Assembly (NCBI GenBank): GCA_029547025.1
Contig: JAKPQA010000074.1
Span: 8,796 to 72,795 of the forward strand
DNA: 64,000 nucleotides
Reading direction: 5' to 3'
DNA from: Armatimonadota bacterium
GTDB lineage: Bacteria > Armatimonadota > Zipacnadia > UBA1398 > JAKPQA01
Below, piece after piece: positions 59,972 to 64,000 of the stretch. The notes beneath the pieces were generated by a model. That model was given only the letters and a program-made list of their open reading frames with translations. It ran no database searches and had not been told where the DNA came from. Each line of letters begins with the position of its first letter. Within the stretch, counting starts at the first letter, position 1. The position numbers and the translations under genes are program-made.

Positions 59972-62073
59972 CGGGCACCCTCTCGAACCAGAACGGCACG
60001 CGCCTGTTTCGCCCAGCGCGATCTCGGCCAACGGGAGATGACGTCATTGAGCGTGGCGCGAGCCCCCTCATCGTCGCCACGTGCGAGGAGGCACTCCCCC
60101 AAGCGACACGTGGCCTGGGCGGTGATGTCCCCCGCATTCTTCAGCTTCTTACTGGGAGCGGCAACGGTCAGGACTTTGAGGAACTCGAGCAGCGTATCGT
60201 CATGTGTCGCCAAGCCGGCGGTATGGAACTCCTGGGCGATGCGAAGGCGAACGAGCGCATCGTCGGATTCGGGCTCGTCCTGGTCCGGAAGAGGGCGTCC
60301 CAGCCGGGAGGTGCGATGGAGCGCTCTCAGAGCGGCGGCGGCTTTGGGTGACCACGGGGAGCCCGCATGAACCGCCGCGCAGACGTGCCACTGCCATGCG
60401 GCGCTATGGGGCCACCCGGCCGCCACCGAGGCGACTCCGGCCCTGTAGCGGGCCTCGGCCTGGTCGCCGTCGGTCCCGTACTCGCCGGAACAGAGCTTGA
60501 TGAACTCCTTGAGGGCGCCCTGGTAGAAGCCGAGTTCGTAGAGGCGCATGGCCAGAGTCATCCCGCGTGCCCAGTGGGTGTCAAACTGCGGCGACCACGG
60601 GGGCATGGCCACGGGAGAGGACGCCACAGGCTCCGGACTGCCGTGTTGTTGCATGAGCGCCTGGATGGCGCGCTCGGCCGCCGGCATTTCGGTGCTGGGG
60701 TAGTTGAGTGTGCAGACTTTGAGGTAGTCCTTGACGGCGGCTTCAACATACCCGAGGGATGCGAGCCGCTCGGCCAGCGCCATCTGCCGGGTGCCCCCTT
60801 TGGGCGGGGCGCTCTCATCGACAGGCCGCCAGGCGGGTGGACGGGTGCCGGTCGCGCCATCGCGGGCGAGCCGATCCCGGGCCACGGATGCCCAGTGGCT
60901 GTCGTCGTACCACGCGATACCCGGGACGCCGCCCAGGCACTGGAGGGCATCGGACGAGAACTCGTTGGGCAGGGGCCTCGGGAGGATCTCGGCCGCATGG
61001 GCCCAGACCCGGTGGGCGGCGTCGGTCTGGCCCTGGGCGTGGAGGAGGTCGCCCAACTCGCACAGGGCCCGGCCGTCGTATATCGAGGGCCCGAACAGGC
61101 AGACCGCCACCAGGTACCGGCGCGCGGCGGCGGGGATGGCGTTGTGTTCGACGAGCATCTGGGCGAGGCGGACCTGCCAGCCAGGCATATCGCGGGGCGC
61201 GGAGAGCTCAAGCATGGGCCGGTAAGGGTTTGCCTCGGGTGATGCGGTGGGGATGTAGCCCGCCCGCTTCAGGAGTTCGGCCGATCGGGGATCGGCCAGT
61301 GCAGCGACGAACCGCGCGGCGGCCTCTGGCCTGGTGCTGGTTCGCAGGGCGGCGGCGCACTGGGGCATTGAGGCCCGGCCCTCTTTCATCCGGACCAGAT
61401 GCCGGGGTGCGATGGACACGATGCGTACGGTCCCTTGGGCCGTGGCAGAGGGCGTCAAGGAGAGAGGGACCACGGCGACATCGGCGACTCCCTGGCGGAG
61501 CGGATCGAGCAGGTGGCGCCCGCACTTGGGTGAGTCAACCATGTTGGCCTGCCACCGCTCGACAAGGCCGGGGCTTTCGGCGGCACTGATCGAGGCCATG
61601 AGCTGCCCGACGACCTTGCCCTTGGGGCGCATGGCCGCGGGCGCAGCAGCCACGCGTACGCCGGGCTTCCCGAGGTCCTCGATGCAGGTGATGGGCTGAG
61701 CGCAACCGGGGTTGACGGCGATGACCATCGGGTCGACCGCGAAGAACGTGGGCTCGGCCGCCAGGAGTCCGCGCTTCTCGAGAGCCAGCCAACCCGGCCC
61801 ACCGCGCCCTACGATGACATCGGGCTTCCGGGGGCCGCGCAGTGTGAGATCGAGGAGATACTGCACCGGCGCAGCGGTGTAGCAGACGCGAATGCCGTGC
61901 GCGGTCTCGAATCGCCTCACGAAGTCTGACAGGAACTCGTAGTTTCCGCCACAAGACCAGACCACAAGAGCCTTCCGGTCACGGAGGCCCTGGCCGGCCA
62001 GGAGTACTGTCGCGGTCGTCCACACCACTGCCAACGCCGCCGCGTTAGCCGCGCGGATCTGTCGCCGGCTCAT
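59968..62073 (-). CDS. ModA-like substrate-binding domain fused to TPR-like repeats
   Basis: GGAGGT RBS; N-terminal anchor; IEDLGKPGVRVA, ADVAVVP, PEAAARFV...LLKRAGY; C-terminal repeats such as AEARYRAG, QATCRLGECL, VISRWPRSRWA. Confidence 0.75.
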   Translation of the reverse strand: MSRRQIRAANAAALAVVWTTATVLLAGQGLRDRKALVVWSCGGNYEFLSDFVRRFETAHGIRVCYTAAPVQYLLDLTLRGPRKPDVIVGRGGPGWLALEKRGLLAAEPTFFAVDPMVIAVNPGCAQPITCIEDLGKPGVRVAAAPAAMRPKGKVVGQLMASISAAESPGLVERWQANMVDSPKCGRHLLDPLRQGVADVAVVPLSLTPSATAQGTVRIVSIAPRHLVRMKEGRASMPQCAAALRTSTRPEAAARFVAALADPRSAELLKRAGYIPTASPEANPYRPMLELSAPRDMPGWQVRLAQMLVEHNAIPAAARRYLVAVCLFGPSIYDGRALCELGDLLHAQGQTDAAHRVWAHAAEILPRPLPNEFSSDALQCLGGVPGIAWYDDSHWASVARDRLARDGATGTRPPAWRPVDESAPPKGGTRQMALAERLASLGYVEAAVKDYLKVCTLNYPSTEMPAAERAIQALMQQHGSPEPVASSPVAMPPWSPQFDTHWARGMTLAMRLYELGFYQGALKEFIKLCSGEYGTDGDQAEARYRAGVASVAAGWPHSAAWQWHVCAAVHAGSPWSPKAAAALRALHRTSRLGRPLPDQDEPESDDALVRLRIAQEFHTAGLATHDDTLLEFLKVLTVAAPSKKLKNAGDITAQATCRLGECLLARGDDEGARATLNDVISRWPRSRWAKQARAVLVREGAR

Positions 62074-62095
62074 GGGACCTCCTGCGAATCATGCC

Positions 62096-62728
62096 TCACT
62101 TGAACTGGGTGGTGGGTTGCTGCACCAGGAACTTGGCATGCCCGTCGAGGTACCCAACAACCATGGCGCGACGGTGACCGACATGCACGGGGTAGGCCGT
62201 TTCTTTGTAGAAGTAGTCGGAGACGATCCAAGTGGTGGGTTCCCACCCGTCGGTAACCTGCCGGGGCTTGTTGCCCCAGTTGTTCGGGTTCGTGAGAAAC
62301 TGCTTGTCGACCCACTGCATGGGCAGTACGCCGGTACTGGGGAGTTCAGAGAAACAGAACCAGTAGTAGCTGATGTTGCCTGCGGCCTGGTTCTGCTCGT
62401 TGCAGACGATATCGGCGACCTGGGCGGCCGGTGCGCTCGGACAGTAGTAGATGCCCATGGCCTTGGTGTAGGGCCAGAGCTTGCTGATGAGGAGGGCATG
62501 GGGATTGCCGGCGTGGTAGTCGGACGGTAGCTCGCCGTCGTAGTCGGACGCGTACATGAGCGCGCCGTAGAGCAATTGCTTGCAGTTCGAGATGCAGGTG
62601 GCCACACGGGCCTTATCCCTGGCCTTGGCGAACACTGGGAAGAGAATGGCCGCCAAGATGGCGATGATGGCGATGACGACAAGGAGTTCGATGAGCGTAA
62701 AGCCTGGTGAGCGAGTTCGGTTGGCCAC
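62096..62728 (-). CDS. Prepilin-type N-terminal cleavage/methylation protein (DUF1559, H-X9-DG-like motif)
   Basis: GTG 62728 after GGAGG; [52 protein letters not shown]. Confidence 0.92.
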   Translation of the reverse strand: MANRTRSPGFTLIELLVVIAIIAILAAILFPVFAKARDKARVATCISNCKQLLYGALMYASDYDGELPSDYHAGNPHALLISKLWPYTKAMGIYYCPSAPAAQVADIVCNEQNQAAGNISYYWFCFSELPSTGVLPMQWVDKQFLTNPNNWGNKPRQVTDGWEPTTWIVSDYFYKETAYPVHVGHRRAMVVGYLDGHAKFLVQQPTTQFK

Positions 62729-62981
62729 CTCTGCACCTCCGGTTGACCCGCGAAGGGCTTGCATCTATATGCAATTCGCATTGATATCAGGATTCCTGAC
62801 AACGGAATCTGGGAAGCACAGGTATACGCGAGGCCGGCTGGTGGGGGCACTGCGCCTGTGGCGAACGAATGAGGCGAGCGAAGGCAGCGGATTGGAGTCG
62901 GCGAACGCGAGGGAATGGGGCGGGAAGCAGGGGCTGAGACGGTGAGGCGGACCGTGAGCGGACCCAAAGACCCAAGAGGCG

Positions 62982-63386
62982 CATGGGCGGTAACATAGGG
63001 CCTTTGGCCGGGCGGCTGGGTCTCGCGAAGGTCGCGCGGAACGCCCGCCTGGTCTTTCGGAGGGGCCGCACAGGGGTGCGCCCAGAGGGCGCGGGGCCCC
63101 TGAGCGGCCCGAGGTTGAGGCGTGCAGATCGGGCGCGTTGGGGGCCCACCACGCTGGGAGACGCGTGGTTCCCCCCATGGCGCCCCTCCGAAAGGCATTG
63201 GAACCACCGAGGAGGGGCGGCACAGGGGGGCGCCCAGAGGGCGCGGGGCCCCTGACCGGTCCGAGGTTGAGGCGTGCGGATCGGGCGCGTTGGGGGCCCA
63301 CCACGCTGGGAGACGCGTGGTTCCCCCCATGGCGCCCCTCCGCAACCAGGCTGATGGGCCACTGGAGCCCTCAGTTACCGCCAATG
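62982..63386. mobile_element. MITE copy 2 (405 bp) with duplicated central module, 11-bp TSD
   Basis: CATGGGCGGTAAC 62982-62994 / GTTACCGCCAATG 63374-63386; direct repeat CCCAAGAGGCG at 62971-62981 and 63387-63397; 133-bp modules at 63058-63190 and 63210-63342. Confidence 0.9.
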
Positions 63387-63424
63387 CCCAAGAGGCGGGA
63401 CCGGCATGGCCCCGCCTCTTGGGC
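63386..63424 (-). terminator. Probable groEL terminator hairpin
   Basis: 14-bp stem GCCCAAGAGGCGGG / CCCGCCTCTTGGGC with 11-nt loop, about 60 bp after the groEL stop; the original TCTTT tail now lies beyond the MITE at 62966-62970. Confidence 0.6.
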
Positions 63425-63486
63425 GTGCTGGCGAACTGAACAGCGCCCCTCAGTCCCGCCCTCTCCGGAGAGGAGAGGGGGAGGAC

Positions 63487-64000
63487 CTAGAAGTCGTCGT
63501 AGCCGCCACCACCGGGAGGGGCGGGCGGGGGCGTCTTCTCGGGCTTCTCGGCGATGAGCGCTTCAGTCGTGAGGACCAGCGAGCCGATGCTCGCGGCATT
63601 CTCGAGAGCGCATCGAGTGACTTTGACGGGGTCGACGACGCCCGCTTTGACCAGGTCCTCGTACTTTTCGGTGAGGGCGTTGAGGCCGACCATTGGGTCC
63701 TGAGCATCGCGGACGGTGGCGGCGGCGATGGAGGGTTCGAGGCCCGCGTTGGCCGCGATCTGGCGCAGGGGTTCCTCCAGCGCGGCACGGATGATCTCCA
63801 CGCCCGTTTTCTCGTCGCCCGAGGCGCGGACTTTGTCGAGGGCGGCGATGGCGCGGATGTAGGCGGTGCCGCCGCCGGGGACGATGCCCTCCTCAACGGC
63901 CGCTCGAGTCGCGGAGAGTGCGTCCTCGTAGCGGTGCTTTTTCTCTTTGAGTTCGGTTTCGGTGGCGGCGCCGACCCGAATGACGGCGACGCCTCCGGCG
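63487..64000 (-). CDS. groEL: Chaperonin GroEL, 3' part (truncated by window edge)
   Basis: [73 protein letters not shown]. Confidence 0.97.
   Translation of the reverse strand, partial: AGGVAVIRVGAATETELKEKKHRYEDALSATRAAVEEGIVPGGGTAYIRAIAALDKVRASGDEKTGVEIIRAALEEPLRQIAANAGLEPSIAAATVRDAQDPMVGLNALTEKYEDLVKAGVVDPVKVTRCALENAASIGSLVLTTEALIAEKPEKTPPPAPPGGGGYDDF

Noticed and set aside
59968-62073. Calling the SBP modA
   Set aside because: No modB/modC, altered binding loop, and a large TPR-like extension.
63058-63342. Two repeats with a 19-nt spacer as a CRISPR array
   Set aside because: Repeats are 133 bp, there are only two, they lie inside a TIR/TSD-bounded element, and no cas genes are present.
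63446-63480. CCCTCTCC-GGAGA-GGAGAGGG hairpin as a REP family member
   Set aside because: Only one clear copy in the window; cannot be separated from an ordinary 3' hairpin of groEL.
63487-63545. GroEL tail [14 protein letters not shown] lacking GGM repeats
   Set aside because: Variable C-terminal tails are common among GroEL paralogues.
62089-63557. ORFs 62089-63384, 62765-63304, 62787-63362 and similar ones near 44155-44515 sharing peptides such as GAMGGTTRLPAWWAPNAPD
   Set aside because: They are translations of the GC-rich MITE; no transposase motifs, and they overlap real genes.

Overview
High-GC bacterial window, gene-dense, with no rRNA, tRNA, CRISPR array or transposase seen. The DUF1559 pilin-like gene ([25 protein letters not shown]) and the mass of secreted glycan-active proteins suggest an Armatimonadota- or PVC-like organism (inference). 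Content: a long carbohydrate-degradation region (GH2, a tandem GH29-LamG-GH29, an orphan glycyl radical enzyme, GH51, two NPCBM/clan GH-D enzymes, DUF1080, a six-hairpin glycosidase, an AGE epimerase, GH13-like and GHL6-like proteins), several unknown lipoproteins, aqpZ next to a decayed gene, a PAS kinase with three receiver-output proteins (HDOD, HD-GYP, degenerate HD-GYP), a DUF1553/DUF1501/PPC cluster, cysE, a pilin-like/Cys-bearing ModA-like-TPR/membrane 4Fe-4S operon, and the 3' end of groEL. The clearest unannotated structure is a modular non-autonomous mobile element: 13-bp TIR CATTGGCGGTAAC, 11-bp target-site duplications, and a 133-bp central module present once (44153-44405), twice (62982-63386) or not at all (relic 51560-51664). 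Both intact copies sit in hairpins, one of them the probable groEL terminator. Gene starts were refined by eye from RBS and overlap; family calls come from motif recognition, not database searches.
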